A program made the position numbers and the translations under genes. The notes under the pieces were generated by a model. The model searched no databases, was not told the origin of the DNA, and was given only the letters and a program-made list of their open reading frames with translations. This document shows, piece after piece, positions 1 to 11,799 of a stretch of DNA of 64,000 nucleotides. Origin of the DNA: Rubrivivax sp. (GTDB lineage Bacteria; Pseudomonadota; Gammaproteobacteria; Burkholderiales; Burkholderiaceae_C); NCBI GenBank assembly GCA_044360025.1, contig JBIKLC010000012.1, forward strand, positions 15,225 to 79,224, read 5' to 3'. The first letter of the stretch is position 1, and every line of letters begins with the position of its first letter.

Positions 1-1152
1 ATCGTCGAGCCCACCGCGCTGTTCGTGCGCGGCCTGGGCGAGGTCACCGACATCGTCGAGAAGGAGATGTACTCCTTCACCGACCACATGAACGGCGACC
101 ACCTGACGCTGCGCCCCGAGGCCACGGCCGGCATGGTGCGCGCCATCGTCGAGCACAACGCGCTCTACAACGGCCCGCTGCGCGTGTGGCAGATGGGTCC
201 CATGTTCCGCCACGAGCGGCCGCAGAAGGGCCGCTACCGGCAGTTTCATCAGCTCGACGTCGAGGCCTTCGGCCACGCGGGCCCCGATGTCGACGCCGAG
301 ATCATCCTGATGGTGCGGGCGCTGTGGCGCGAACTCGGGCTGAAGGAGGGCGAGCACCTCACGCTGGAGATCAACAGCCTCGGCCAGCCGGCCGAGCGGG
401 CCGCGCACCGGGCGGCGCTGATCGCGCACTTCGAGGCTCACGCGGACAGGCTCGACGAGGACGCGCAGCGCCGCCTGCACAGCAACCCGCTGCGCATCCT
501 CGACAGCAAGAACCCGGCGATGGCGCCGCTGGTGGAGTCCGCCCCGAAGCTGCTGGACTACCTCGGCGAGGCCTCGCGCGCCCACTTCGACGGCGTGCGC
601 GCCGTACTCGACGCCGCCGGCCTGGCCTACCGCATCAACCCGCGCCTGGTGCGCGGCATGGACTACTACAACCTCACGGTGTTCGAGTGGGTCACGCCGC
701 TGCTGGGCGCGCAGTCCACGGTGTGCGGCGGCGGCCGCTACGACACGCTGATCGAGCAACTCGGCGGCAAGCCGGCGCCCGGCGTCGGCTTCGGCCTGGG
801 CATCGAGCGGCTGCTGCTGCTGCTGGAGGCCGCCGGCCTGAACCCGCCGCCCGCGGTGCCCGACGCCTATGCCATCGTCGCCGACGGCGTGCCCATGGCG
901 ACCGTGATGCCGGTGCTGGAGACCTTGCGCGCCGCCGGCGCCGCGGTCGTGCTGCACGCGGGCGGGGGCAGCCTCAAGAGCCAATTCAAGCGGGCCGACG
1001 CCAGCGGGGCACGCCATGCGCTGATCTTCGCGCCCGATGAACTCTCGCGCGGCGAACTGGCTCTGAAGCCCCTGCGCGATGCCGCCGCGGCCCAGCGCAC
1101 GCGCTCCCTGGCAGACGCCGCCCTGTGGGCCGGCGAACTGCTGCCCGCATAA
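1..1152 (+). CDS. hisS: Histidine--tRNA ligase (5' end outside the window)
   Basis: Open from base 1 ([24 protein letters not shown]). Motifs [38 protein letters not shown] and GFGLGIERL. Confidence 0.97.
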   Translation: MVEPTALFVRGLGEVTDIVEKEMYSFTDHMNGDHLTLRPEATAGMVRAIVEHNALYNGPLRVWQMGPMFRHERPQKGRYRQFHQLDVEAFGHAGPDVDAEIILMVRALWRELGLKEGEHLTLEINSLGQPAERAAHRAALIAHFEAHADRLDEDAQRRLHSNPLRILDSKNPAMAPLVESAPKLLDYLGEASRAHFDGVRAVLDAAGLAYRINPRLVRGMDYYNLTVFEWVTPLLGAQSTVCGGGRYDTLIEQLGGKPAPGVGFGLGIERLLLLLEAAGLNPPPAVPDAYAIVADGVPMATVMPVLETLRAAGAAVVLHAGGGSLKSQFKRADASGARHALIFAPDELSRGELALKPLRDAAAAQRTRSLADAALWAGELLPA

Positions 1153-1212
1153 TCCGACGCTTTGCCGCCACGGTGCCACGGGGCACCGGCGGCACCCTTC
1201 CCGACACGCACG

Positions 1213-1902
1213 ATGGCCACCAATCTCGACCTGCAGGAGCAGGAGCAACTCGAATCGCTGAAGGCGTTCTGGAAGTCCTACGGCAACCTGATCACCTGGA
1301 CGCTCGTCCTCGCGCTGGGCGCCTTCGGCGGCTGGCGCTGGTGGGAGAACCGCCAGGCTCAGCAGGGCCTGGAGGCCGGCGGCATGTACGAGGAACTCGA
1401 CCGCGCGGCGACGGCGGCCGACCTCGACAAGACCGCTCGCGTGCTGGCCGACCTGCAGCAGCGCTTCCCGAAGACCAGCTTCGCTGCCCAGGGCGCGCTG
1501 CTCGCGGCCAAGCTGCAAGCCGAGAAAGGTCAGTCCGACGCCGCCAAAGCCAGCCTGGGCTGGGTGATCGACAGCGTCGACGACACCGACTTCAAGACGA
1601 TGGCGCGTTTGCGACTGGCCGCCGTCCATGCCGAGGCCAAGGCCTACGACGAGGCCCTGAAGCTGCTGGCCGAGCCCGTGCCCGCACCCTTCGAGACGCT
1701 GCGTGCCGATCGCCAGGGCGACGTGCTGGTGCTGCAGGGCAAGACCACCGATGCCGTGGCCGCCTACCAGCGCGCGCACGCTGCCATGGGTGATCGCGTC
1801 GACTACCGCCGCTTCGTCGAGGCCAAGCTCGCGGCGCTGGGAGCGCCCGTGGTCGCCGCTGCGGCGGCGGCTAGCGCATCCGGGCCGGGAGGGTCGAAGT
1901 GA
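1213..1902 (+). CDS. yfgM: YfgM-family TPR ancillary SecYEG/PpiD-associated membrane protein
   Basis: N-terminal DLQEQEQLESLKAFWKSYGN, one TM helix, then TPR-like helices; sits between hisS and bamB. ATG at 1213. Confidence 0.88.
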   Translation: MATNLDLQEQEQLESLKAFWKSYGNLITWTLVLALGAFGGWRWWENRQAQQGLEAGGMYEELDRAATAADLDKTARVLADLQQRFPKTSFAAQGALLAAKLQAEKGQSDAAKASLGWVIDSVDDTDFKTMARLRLAAVHAEAKAYDEALKLLAEPVPAPFETLRADRQGDVLVLQGKTTDAVAAYQRAHAAMGDRVDYRRFVEAKLAALGAPVVAAAAAASASGPGGSK

Positions 1903-3017
1903 GGGTTCTCGCCGGGTGGGTTGCGCTGCTGGCGCTGGCACTGTCGGTGCTGGCCGGTTGCGCGTCGGATGCCCCCCTGCCCAAGCCGCTGGAGCCCCTG
2001 ACGCCCAAGATCGCGGGCCGCCTCGTCTGGCAGGCCGGCATCGGCCGCGTCGATTTCCCGCTGACGCCGGCGGTTCGCGATGGCCTCATCGTGGTCGCTT
2101 CCTCCTGGGGCGACGTGCAGGCCCTTCAGGCCGACACGGGTGAGCTCTGGTGGCGCTGGCCCGTGGGTGCGCCGATTTCGGCCGGCGTGGGCCACGACGG
2201 CCGCTTCACCGCCGTGGTGACGCGGGACAACGAGGTCGTCACGCTCGACCGCGGCCGCGAAGTCTGGCGCGCGCGACTGCCGGCAAGCGTGGTGACGCCG
2301 CCGCTGGTGGCCGGTGAACGCGTCTTCGTCCTCGCCGTCGACCGCGCAGTGCACGCCTTCGACGCGCTCGACGGTCGCCGCCTCTGGGTGCTGCAGCGTC
2401 CGAACGACCCGCTCACCCTCGCCCAGCCCAGTGTCCTCGGCGCCTTCCGCAACACGCTGCTGGTGGCACAGGGGCCGCGCCTGGCTGGCGTGGATCCGCT
2501 GCGCGGCACCGTGCAGTGGGAGGCCGCCCTCGCCACGCCGCGTGGCAGCAACGAGGTGGAGCGGCTGGCCGACCTCGTGGGCCCGATGGTGCGGGTCGGC
2601 GACCGCGTCTGCATGCGCGCCTTTCAAAACGCCATCGGTTGCGCCGACGCGGGTCGCGGGGCTACGCTCTGGTCGCGGAGCAACGGCGGCATCACGGCCC
2701 TGGCCGGTGACGCCGAGCGCGTGTTCGGCGCCGACGCCAGCGACCGCGTGAGCGCCTGGCGGGCAACCACGGGCGATCTGCTCTGGACCAGCGAGCGCTT
2801 CCTGAACCGCGGCTTCAGCGGCGGCGTGGCCGTAGGCCCGGTGCTGGTGTTCGGCGATCGGGAAGGCTTCGTGCACTTCCTGTCGGCCGAGTCGGGCGAG
2901 CCGCAGTTGCGGCTGCCCACCGACGGCCAACCGGTGATCGGCACGCCCGTGGTCGCGGGCCAGACGCTCGTCGTCACAACCGCTGCCGGCGGCCTGTTCG
3001 CGTTCCGGCCCAACTGA
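1899..3017 (+). CDS. bamB: Outer membrane protein assembly lipoprotein BamB
   Basis: Lipobox LAGC, PQQ-type beta-propeller repeats, [12 protein letters not shown] motif, and synteny yfgM-bamB-der. Confidence 0.92.
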   Translation: MRVLAGWVALLALALSVLAGCASDAPLPKPLEPLTPKIAGRLVWQAGIGRVDFPLTPAVRDGLIVVASSWGDVQALQADTGELWWRWPVGAPISAGVGHDGRFTAVVTRDNEVVTLDRGREVWRARLPASVVTPPLVAGERVFVLAVDRAVHAFDALDGRRLWVLQRPNDPLTLAQPSVLGAFRNTLLVAQGPRLAGVDPLRGTVQWEAALATPRGSNEVERLADLVGPMVRVGDRVCMRAFQNAIGCADAGRGATLWSRSNGGITALAGDAERVFGADASDRVSAWRATTGDLLWTSERFLNRGFSGGVAVGPVLVFGDREGFVHFLSAESGEPQLRLPTDGQPVIGTPVVAGQTLVVTTAAGGLFAFRPN

Positions 3018-3039
3018 TGCGCCGCGCGCGCAGCCGTCC

Positions 3040-4416
3040 ATGAAGCCGGTCATCGCCATCGTCGGCCGTGCCAACGTTGGCAAGAGCACGCTGTTCAACC
3101 GCATCACCAAGAGCCGTGACGCCATCGTGGCCGACTACGCTGGCCTCACGCGCGACCGCCATTACGGCGACGCGCGCCTGGGTCGGCGCGAGTTCATCGT
3201 CGTCGACACCGGGGGGTTCGAGCCCGACAAGCCCACCGGCGTGGTGGCCGAGATGGCCAAACAGACGCGGCAGGCCGTGGCCGAGGCCGACCTGGTGATC
3301 TTCGTCGTCGACGTGCGCGCCGGGCTTTCGGCGCAGGATCACGATATCGCCCGCTTCCTGCGCCAGCAGCACAAGCGCGTGCTGCTGGCTGCCAACAAGG
3401 CCGAGGGCATGGTGGACGCGCCCATGCTGGCCGAGTTCCACGAACTGGGCATCGGCGAGCCCCTGCCCATCTCGTCGGCGCACGGGCAGGGCATCCGCAG
3501 CCTGCTCGAGGCGGCGCTGGAGCCCTTCGATTTCGGCCAGTGCGACGATGGCGACGAAGGCGACGAAGGCGCCGAGGGCGACGAGGCGCCTGCCGACGGG
3601 GTCCACCGTCCGATCAGTCTGGCCGTCGCCGGGCGGCCCAACGTGGGCAAGAGCACCCTGATCAACGCCTGGCTGGGCGAGGAACGCCTGGTCGCCTTCG
3701 ACCAGCCGGGCACCACGCGGGATGCCATCCACGTGCCCTTCGAGAAGGACGGCCGTCGCTTCGAGCTCATCGACACGGCCGGACTGCGCCGCAAGGGCAA
3801 GGTATTCGAGGCGATCGAGAAGTTCTCGGTGGTCAAGACCCTGCAGGCCATCGCCGAGGCGAACGTGGTGCTGCTGCTCGTGGACGCCACCCAGGGCGTG
3901 AGCGAGCAGGACGCGCACATCGCGGGCTACATCCTCGAGTCGGGGCGGGCTGTGGTCATCGCGCTCAACAAGTGGGACGCCACCGACGCCTACCAGCGCC
4001 AGCAGCTCGAGCGCAGCATCGAGACCCGGCTGGCCTTCCTGAAGTTCGCGCCGGTGCTGCCCATCTCGGCCAAGCGCCGCCAGGGCCTGGGCGCCGTGTG
4101 GAAGGCGCTGCTGCAGGCCCACGCATCGGCCACGGTGAAGATGAGCACGCCGGTGCTCACGCGCCTCGTGCACGAGGCCGCGGAGCACCAGGCGCCCCGC
4201 CGCGAAGGGCGCTTCCGGCCCAAGATGCGCTACGCGCACCAGGGCGGCATGAACCCGCCCCGGGTCGTCATCCACGGCACGGCACTCGACCACGTGACCG
4301 ATTCGTACAAGCGCTACCTCGAAGGCCGCCTGCGGGATCACTTCAAGCTAGTGGGCACCCCGGTGCGCATCGAGATGCGCTCGGCGCGCAACCCGTTCCT
4401 GGAGCGAGAGGGGTGA
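3040..4416 (+). CDS. der: Ribosome biogenesis GTPase Der (EngA)
   Basis: Two G domains ([10 protein letters not shown]...DTGG and [10 protein letters not shown]...DTAG), an acidic linker and a KH-like C-terminus. Confidence 0.97.
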   Translation: MKPVIAIVGRANVGKSTLFNRITKSRDAIVADYAGLTRDRHYGDARLGRREFIVVDTGGFEPDKPTGVVAEMAKQTRQAVAEADLVIFVVDVRAGLSAQDHDIARFLRQQHKRVLLAANKAEGMVDAPMLAEFHELGIGEPLPISSAHGQGIRSLLEAALEPFDFGQCDDGDEGDEGAEGDEAPADGVHRPISLAVAGRPNVGKSTLINAWLGEERLVAFDQPGTTRDAIHVPFEKDGRRFELIDTAGLRRKGKVFEAIEKFSVVKTLQAIAEANVVLLLVDATQGVSEQDAHIAGYILESGRAVVIALNKWDATDAYQRQQLERSIETRLAFLKFAPVLPISAKRRQGLGAVWKALLQAHASATVKMSTPVLTRLVHEAAEHQAPRREGRFRPKMRYAHQGGMNPPRVVIHGTALDHVTDSYKRYLEGRLRDHFKLVGTPVRIEMRSARNPFLEREG

Positions 4417-4453
4417 CACGTTTCGACGTCGTTGGCCCTAGGGTCTTGCCCTG

Positions 4454-4462
4454 TGGTAACGT
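4454..4462 (+). promoter_or_regulatory. Probable extended -10 element (TG-G-TAACGT) of hfq
   Basis: TGGTAACGT lies about 35 nt upstream of the hfq GTG start; motif match only. Confidence 0.35.
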
Positions 4463-4495
4463 GGTCGCCTGTCGTCTTTCAACACGGAACATATC

Positions 4496-4738
4496 GTGAG
4501 CAACCGAGGCCAACTCTTGCAGGACCCCTTCCTGAACCTGCTGCGCAAGGAGCACGTGCCGGTGTCGATCTATCTCGTCAACGGCATCAAGCTCCAGGGC
4601 CATATCGAGTCGTTCGACCAGTACGTCGTGTTGCTGCGCAACACCGTGACGCAGATGGTCTACAAGCACGCCATCTCCACCGTGGTGCCCAGCCGCGCGG
4701 TGAACTTCCACCCCAGCGAGAGCGGCGAGCAGGCCTGA
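4496..4738 (+). CDS. hfq: RNA chaperone Hfq
   Basis: [28 protein letters not shown]...[13 protein letters not shown]. Confidence 0.98.
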   Translation: MSNRGQLLQDPFLNLLRKEHVPVSIYLVNGIKLQGHIESFDQYVVLLRNTVTQMVYKHAISTVVPSRAVNFHPSESGEQA

Positions 4739-4746
4739 GCGCCGCC

Positions 4747-6000
4747 TTGGATTCCCTGCAGGACGGCGGCGCCCCGGTCGTCGAGACGCTACCCGGCGTG
4801 ACGCGTGCCGTGCTCGTGGGCGTCGACCTCGGCCCCGGCCACGCCTTCGATGCCTCGCTCGCCGAGCTCGCGCTGCTGGCCCACTCGGCGGGCGATGCGG
4901 CCGTCGCCCGCGTGACGGCACGACGTCGCGCGCCCGACCCCGCCCTGTTCGTGGGCAGCGGCAAGGCCGACGAGATCAAGGCGCTGGTCGCCGCCACCCG
5001 CGCGCATGGCGTCATCTTCGACCAAGCGCTCAGCCCGGCGCAGCAGCGCAACCTCGAGCGCCACCTGGGGGTGCCGGTGGCCGACCGCACCGGCCTCATC
5101 CTGGACATCTTCGCCGAGCGCGCGCAGAGCCACGAGGGGAAGCTGCAGGTCGAGCTCGCCCGCCTGCAGTACCAGGCCACGCGTCTGGTGCGGCGCTGGA
5201 GCCACCTCGAGCGCCAGCAGGGCGGCATCGGCACGCGCGGCGGCCCCGGCGAGGCGCAGATCGAACTCGACCGCCGCATGATCGGCGACCGCATCATGCA
5301 GGTGAAGGAGCGGCTCGAGAAGGTCAAGCGCCAGCGCGGCACGCAGCGCCGGGCGCGCGAACGGCGAGGCACCTTCCGCGTGTCTCTGGTGGGGTACACC
5401 AACGCCGGCAAGAGCACGCTGTTCAACGCCCTGGTCAAGGCGCGCAGCTACGCCGCCGACCAGCTCTTCGCCACCCTGGACACCACGACGCGCGCTCTCT
5501 GGCTGGGTGAGGCGCAGGCCCAGGTGTCGTTGTCCGACACGGTGGGCTTCATCCGCGACCTCCCGCACAAGCTGGTCGAGGCCTTCGAGGCCACGCTGCA
5601 GGAGGCCGCCGACGCCGACCTGCTGCTGCACGTGGTCGACGCCGCGAGCCCGGCGCTCGACGAGCAGATGGCCGAGGTCGAGCGCGTGCTGGCCGAGATC
5701 GGCGCGGCCGACGTGCCGCAGATCCTCGTCTACAACAAGCGCGACCTGCTCGAGCCCTCGCGCCAGCCCCGCGAGAGCGCCGACTGGCTCGAGCTGCACT
5801 CTGGCCAGCGCCGCGCGCGCGTGTTCGTCAGCGCCGTCACCGGCGCCGGGCTGCCGGCCCTGCGGCAGGCCATCGCCGAGCATGCGGTGGCCGCCCGCGG
5901 CGCAGCCCCTGCCGGCCATGCCGACGCTGCTGGCTTCCCCGAGGCGCTATCGTCTCTCTCCGATTCCCCAACGATCACCCGGACGCAGCCCCATGCGTGA
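4747..6000 (+). CDS. hflX: GTPase HflX (start approximate, TTG at 4747)
   Basis: FVGSGKADEI, LQVELARLQY, GPGEAQIELDRR, GYTNAGKSTLFN, LFATLDTT and DTVGFIRDLPH. Confidence 0.96.
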   Translation: MDSLQDGGAPVVETLPGVTRAVLVGVDLGPGHAFDASLAELALLAHSAGDAAVARVTARRRAPDPALFVGSGKADEIKALVAATRAHGVIFDQALSPAQQRNLERHLGVPVADRTGLILDIFAERAQSHEGKLQVELARLQYQATRLVRRWSHLERQQGGIGTRGGPGEAQIELDRRMIGDRIMQVKERLEKVKRQRGTQRRARERRGTFRVSLVGYTNAGKSTLFNALVKARSYAADQLFATLDTTTRALWLGEAQAQVSLSDTVGFIRDLPHKLVEAFEATLQEAADADLLLHVVDAASPALDEQMAEVERVLAEIGAADVPQILVYNKRDLLEPSRQPRESADWLELHSGQRRARVFVSAVTGAGLPALRQAIAEHAVAARGAAPAGHADAAGFPEALSSLSDSPTITRTQPHA

Positions 6001-7330
6001 ATCCGCCCGTACCACCCCGGACGACGCCTTCGGCCATCGGCTGAACGAGGTCGCCGCCGCCTTTGCCACCTGGGCGCGCGCGGCGGTCCAGCGCCGGGCC
6101 CCGCGTGCCCGCGCCGCCGACGACGGACTCGTCTTGAACAACCGCAACGACGGCCCGCCGGACCTCGACGAGCTCTGGCGCGACTTCAACCGCAAGCTCT
6201 CCGGCCTGTTCGGCGGCAAGGGTGGCGGGGGTGGCGGCGGCCGGCGCGACGACCGTGGCGGCCCCGGCGGCGGCAACTTCCAGCCCGACATGAAGAGCGC
6301 CGGCATCGGCGCCGGCCTGATAGCCGGCGTTGCCGCGCTGATCTGGCTGGGCAGCGGCTTCTACATCGTCCAGGAAGGCCAGCAGGCCGTCGTCACCACC
6401 TTCGGCAAGTACAGCCAGACCAAGGACGCCGGCTTCCAGTGGCGGCTGCCGTACCCGGTGCAGTCGCACGAGACGGTCGCCGTGACGCAGCTGCAGTCGG
6501 TGGAGGTGGGGCGCACCGGTGTGGTCGCGGCCACCGGGCTGCGCGACTCGTCCATGCTGACGCAGGACGAGAACATCGTCGACATCCGGTTCACCGTGCA
6601 GTACCGGCGCACCGACTCGCGCGCCTACCTGTTCGAGAACAACCGCCCCGACGAAGCCGTCATCATGGCCGCCGAGACGGCGGTGCGCGAGATCGTCGGC
6701 AAGAGCAACGTCGACTCCGTGCTGTACGAGCAGCGCGACGCCATCGCCGCCGACCTGGTGCGCTCGATCCAGGCCCAGCTCGACCGCCTGAAGGCCGGCA
6801 TCACGGTGGCCAACGTCAACATGCAGAGCGTGCAGGTGCCCGAGCAGGTCCAGGCGGCCTTCAACGACGCCGTCAAGGCCACCGCCGACCGCGACCGCTT
6901 CAAAAACGAAGGCCAGGCCTACGCCTCGGACGTGATCCCCAAGGCGCGCGGCACGGCCTCGCGCCTGCTCGAGGAAGCCGAGGGCTACCGCTCCCGCGTG
7001 GTGGCGCAGGCCGAGGGTGACGCGCAGCGCTTCCGCTCGGTGCTGGCCGAGTACCAGAAGGCTCCCGCGGTGACGCGCGACCGCCTCTACCTCGAGACCA
7101 TGCAGCAGGTGTATTCCAACGTCAGCAAGGTCATGGTCGACAGCCGCAGCGGCAGCAACCTGCTGTACCTGCCGCTGGACCGTCTGCTGCAGCAGGCCGG
7201 CGCGCCCGCCGCCGCGCCGACGCCGCCGGGCCCCGTGGCTACGCCCGCCTCTGCCGAGCCGGCCGCGGCCCAGACCGTCGACATCCGCTCTCGCGCCGAT
7301 GCCCGTTCTCGGGAACGCGAAGGCCGCTGA
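5993..7330 (+). CDS. hflK: FtsH modulator HflK
   Basis: GPPDLDELWRDFNRKLSGLFGG, one TM helix, SPFH domain (MLTQDENIV) and APAVTRDRLYLETMQQV. Confidence 0.95.
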   Translation: MRESARTTPDDAFGHRLNEVAAAFATWARAAVQRRAPRARAADDGLVLNNRNDGPPDLDELWRDFNRKLSGLFGGKGGGGGGGRRDDRGGPGGGNFQPDMKSAGIGAGLIAGVAALIWLGSGFYIVQEGQQAVVTTFGKYSQTKDAGFQWRLPYPVQSHETVAVTQLQSVEVGRTGVVAATGLRDSSMLTQDENIVDIRFTVQYRRTDSRAYLFENNRPDEAVIMAAETAVREIVGKSNVDSVLYEQRDAIAADLVRSIQAQLDRLKAGITVANVNMQSVQVPEQVQAAFNDAVKATADRDRFKNEGQAYASDVIPKARGTASRLLEEAEGYRSRVVAQAEGDAQRFRSVLAEYQKAPAVTRDRLYLETMQQVYSNVSKVMVDSRSGSNLLYLPLDRLLQQAGAPAAAPTPPGPVATPASAEPAAAQTVDIRSRADARSREREGR

Positions 7331-7358
7331 AGCCTGATCCAGGGACACGCCCCACGCC

Positions 7359-8234
7359 ATGAACAAGATCGCCGCCACCCTGGCCATCCTCGCCGCGCTG
7401 CTGATGGCCGCCTCCAGCACGCTCTTCGTCGTCGACCAGCGCCAGGTCGGCGTGATCTACGCCCTGGGCGAGATCAAGGAGGTCGTCACCGAGCCCGGCC
7501 TGAACTTCAAGCTGCCGCCCCCGTTCCAGAACGTGGTCTTCCTCGACCGCCGCGTGCAGACGCTGGACAGCCCCGAGACGCGCCCCATCTTCACCGCCGA
7601 GAAGAAGAGCCTGATCGTCGACTGGCTCATCAAGTGGCGCATCGCCGAGCCGCGGCAGTTCATCCGCAACAACGGCGTCGACTTCCGCAACCTCGAGGCG
7701 CGCCTGGCGCCCGTGGTGCAGGCGGCCTTCAACGAAGAGATCACCAAGCGCGACGTCAAGGGCGTGCTGGCCACCGAACGCGACAAGGTGATGAACGACG
7801 TCAAGGCGCGGCTGGCCGACGACGCGAAGTCCTTCGGCATCGAGATCCTCGACGTGCGCATCAAGCGCGTGGACTTCGTGGCCGACATCACCGACGCTGT
7901 CTACCGCCGCATGCAGTCGGAGCGGCAGCAGGTGGCCAACGAACTGCGCGCGCAGGGCACGGCCGAGGGCGAGAAGATCCGCGCCGACGCCGACCGCCAG
8001 CGCGAGGTGATCATCGCCGAGGCCTTCCGCGACGCCCAGAAGATCCGCGGCGAGGGCGACGCCAAGGCATCGGCGCTGTACGCCGAGGCCTTCGGCCGCG
8101 ACCCGCAGTTCGCCCAGTTCTACCGCAGCCTCGAGGCCTACCGCGCCACCTTCCGCAGTAAGAGCGACGTGATGGTGCTGGACCCGTCGTCCGAGTTCTT
8201 CAGGGCGATGCGCGGCACCACCCCGGGTCGCTGA
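7359..8234 (+). CDS. hflC: FtsH modulator HflC
   Basis: TEPGLNFKLP, SPFH domain, YRRMQSERQQVANELRAQG and FAQFYRSLEAY. Confidence 0.95.
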   Translation: MNKIAATLAILAALLMAASSTLFVVDQRQVGVIYALGEIKEVVTEPGLNFKLPPPFQNVVFLDRRVQTLDSPETRPIFTAEKKSLIVDWLIKWRIAEPRQFIRNNGVDFRNLEARLAPVVQAAFNEEITKRDVKGVLATERDKVMNDVKARLADDAKSFGIEILDVRIKRVDFVADITDAVYRRMQSERQQVANELRAQGTAEGEKIRADADRQREVIIAEAFRDAQKIRGEGDAKASALYAEAFGRDPQFAQFYRSLEAYRATFRSKSDVMVLDPSSEFFRAMRGTTPGR

Positions 8235-8255
8235 GCGCAGGACCGTCGCGCATCG

Positions 8256-8441
8256 ATGGCCGAGGCGCTGATCGGCGCGCTGGCGCTGATGCTCATCGCG
8301 GAGGGGCTGCTGCCCTTCCTGAGCCCGCGGCAGTGGCGGGCGGTCTTCGAGCGGGCCGTGCAGATGAGCGACGGCCAGATCCGCTTCATCGGCCTGGTCA
8401 GCTTGCTGGCGGGCTTGGCGCTGCTGCTGGCCTGGGCCTGA
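8256..8441 (+). CDS. DUF2065 (YjeT-like) small membrane protein
   Basis: ALMLIAEGLLPFLSPRQWR...QIRFIGL, in the usual position after hflC. Confidence 0.88.
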   Translation: MAEALIGALALMLIAEGLLPFLSPRQWRAVFERAVQMSDGQIRFIGLVSLLAGLALLLAWA

Positions 8442-8512
8442 TCGCGGGCGCCGGGCGGGGTCGGACGCCGGGAGCGGCGCCTACAATGCCGTTTTCAACG
8501 ACGCCCCCGTTC

Positions 8513-11070
<2,558 letters not shown>

Positions 11071-11106
11071 TCGCCATCGCCAACACCCAAACGGAGACCG
11101 CGCCAC

Positions 11107-11628
11107 ATGCTCACCGACGACGGCAAGCACCTGTACGTGTCCTGGGACGAGTACCACCTGCTGATCGAGCGCCTGGCGCTCAAGGTGGCGGCCTCGGGCT
11201 GGGAGTTCGACCAGATCCTATGCCTGGCGCGCGGCGGCATGCGCCCGGGCGACGTGCTCTCGCGGGTCTTCGACAAGCCGCTGGCCATCATGAGCACCAG
11301 CAGCTACCGCGCCGAGGCCGGCACCATCCAGGGCCGGCTGGACATGGCCAAGTACATCACCATGCCCAAGGGCGAGCTGGCCGGGCGCGTGCTGCTGGTC
11401 GACGACCTCTCCGACACCGGGGTGACGTTGCGTGCCGTGGTCGACCGCCTGCGCGGCATGCCGGCGATCAGCGAGCTGCGGGCGGCCGTGATCTGGGTCA
11501 AGGGTGTCTCGAGCTACACCCCCGACTACTACTGCGACCTGCTGCCCACCAGCCCCTGGATCCACCAGCCCTTCGAGGAATACGACAACCTCCGCCCGCA
11601 GGGCCTGGCGAAGAAGTTCCAGGTCTGA
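11107..11628 (+). CDS. Purine (xanthine/hypoxanthine-guanine) phosphoribosyltransferase family protein
   Basis: PRPP-binding VLLVDDLSDTGVT, LARGG and WIHQPFE; follows purA. Confidence 0.88.
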   Translation: MLTDDGKHLYVSWDEYHLLIERLALKVAASGWEFDQILCLARGGMRPGDVLSRVFDKPLAIMSTSSYRAEAGTIQGRLDMAKYITMPKGELAGRVLLVDDLSDTGVTLRAVVDRLRGMPAISELRAAVIWVKGVSSYTPDYYCDLLPTSPWIHQPFEEYDNLRPQGLAKKFQV

Positions 11629-11634
11629 GCACGC

Positions 11635-11667
11635 AAAAAAGGACCGGGTGCTGTCGCAGCCGGCCCC
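11635..11667 (-). terminator. Rho-independent terminator downstream of tRNA-Leu
   Basis: The minus strand reads GGGCCGG-C-TGC-GACA-GCA-C-CCGGTCC followed by TTTTTT. Confidence 0.65.
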
Positions 11668-11685
11668 GATTGGGGTGGTTTGAGC

Positions 11686-11770
<85 letters not shown>

Positions 11771-11799
11771 TTTCAGGAGCCCGTGACTATAGCAGAGAC

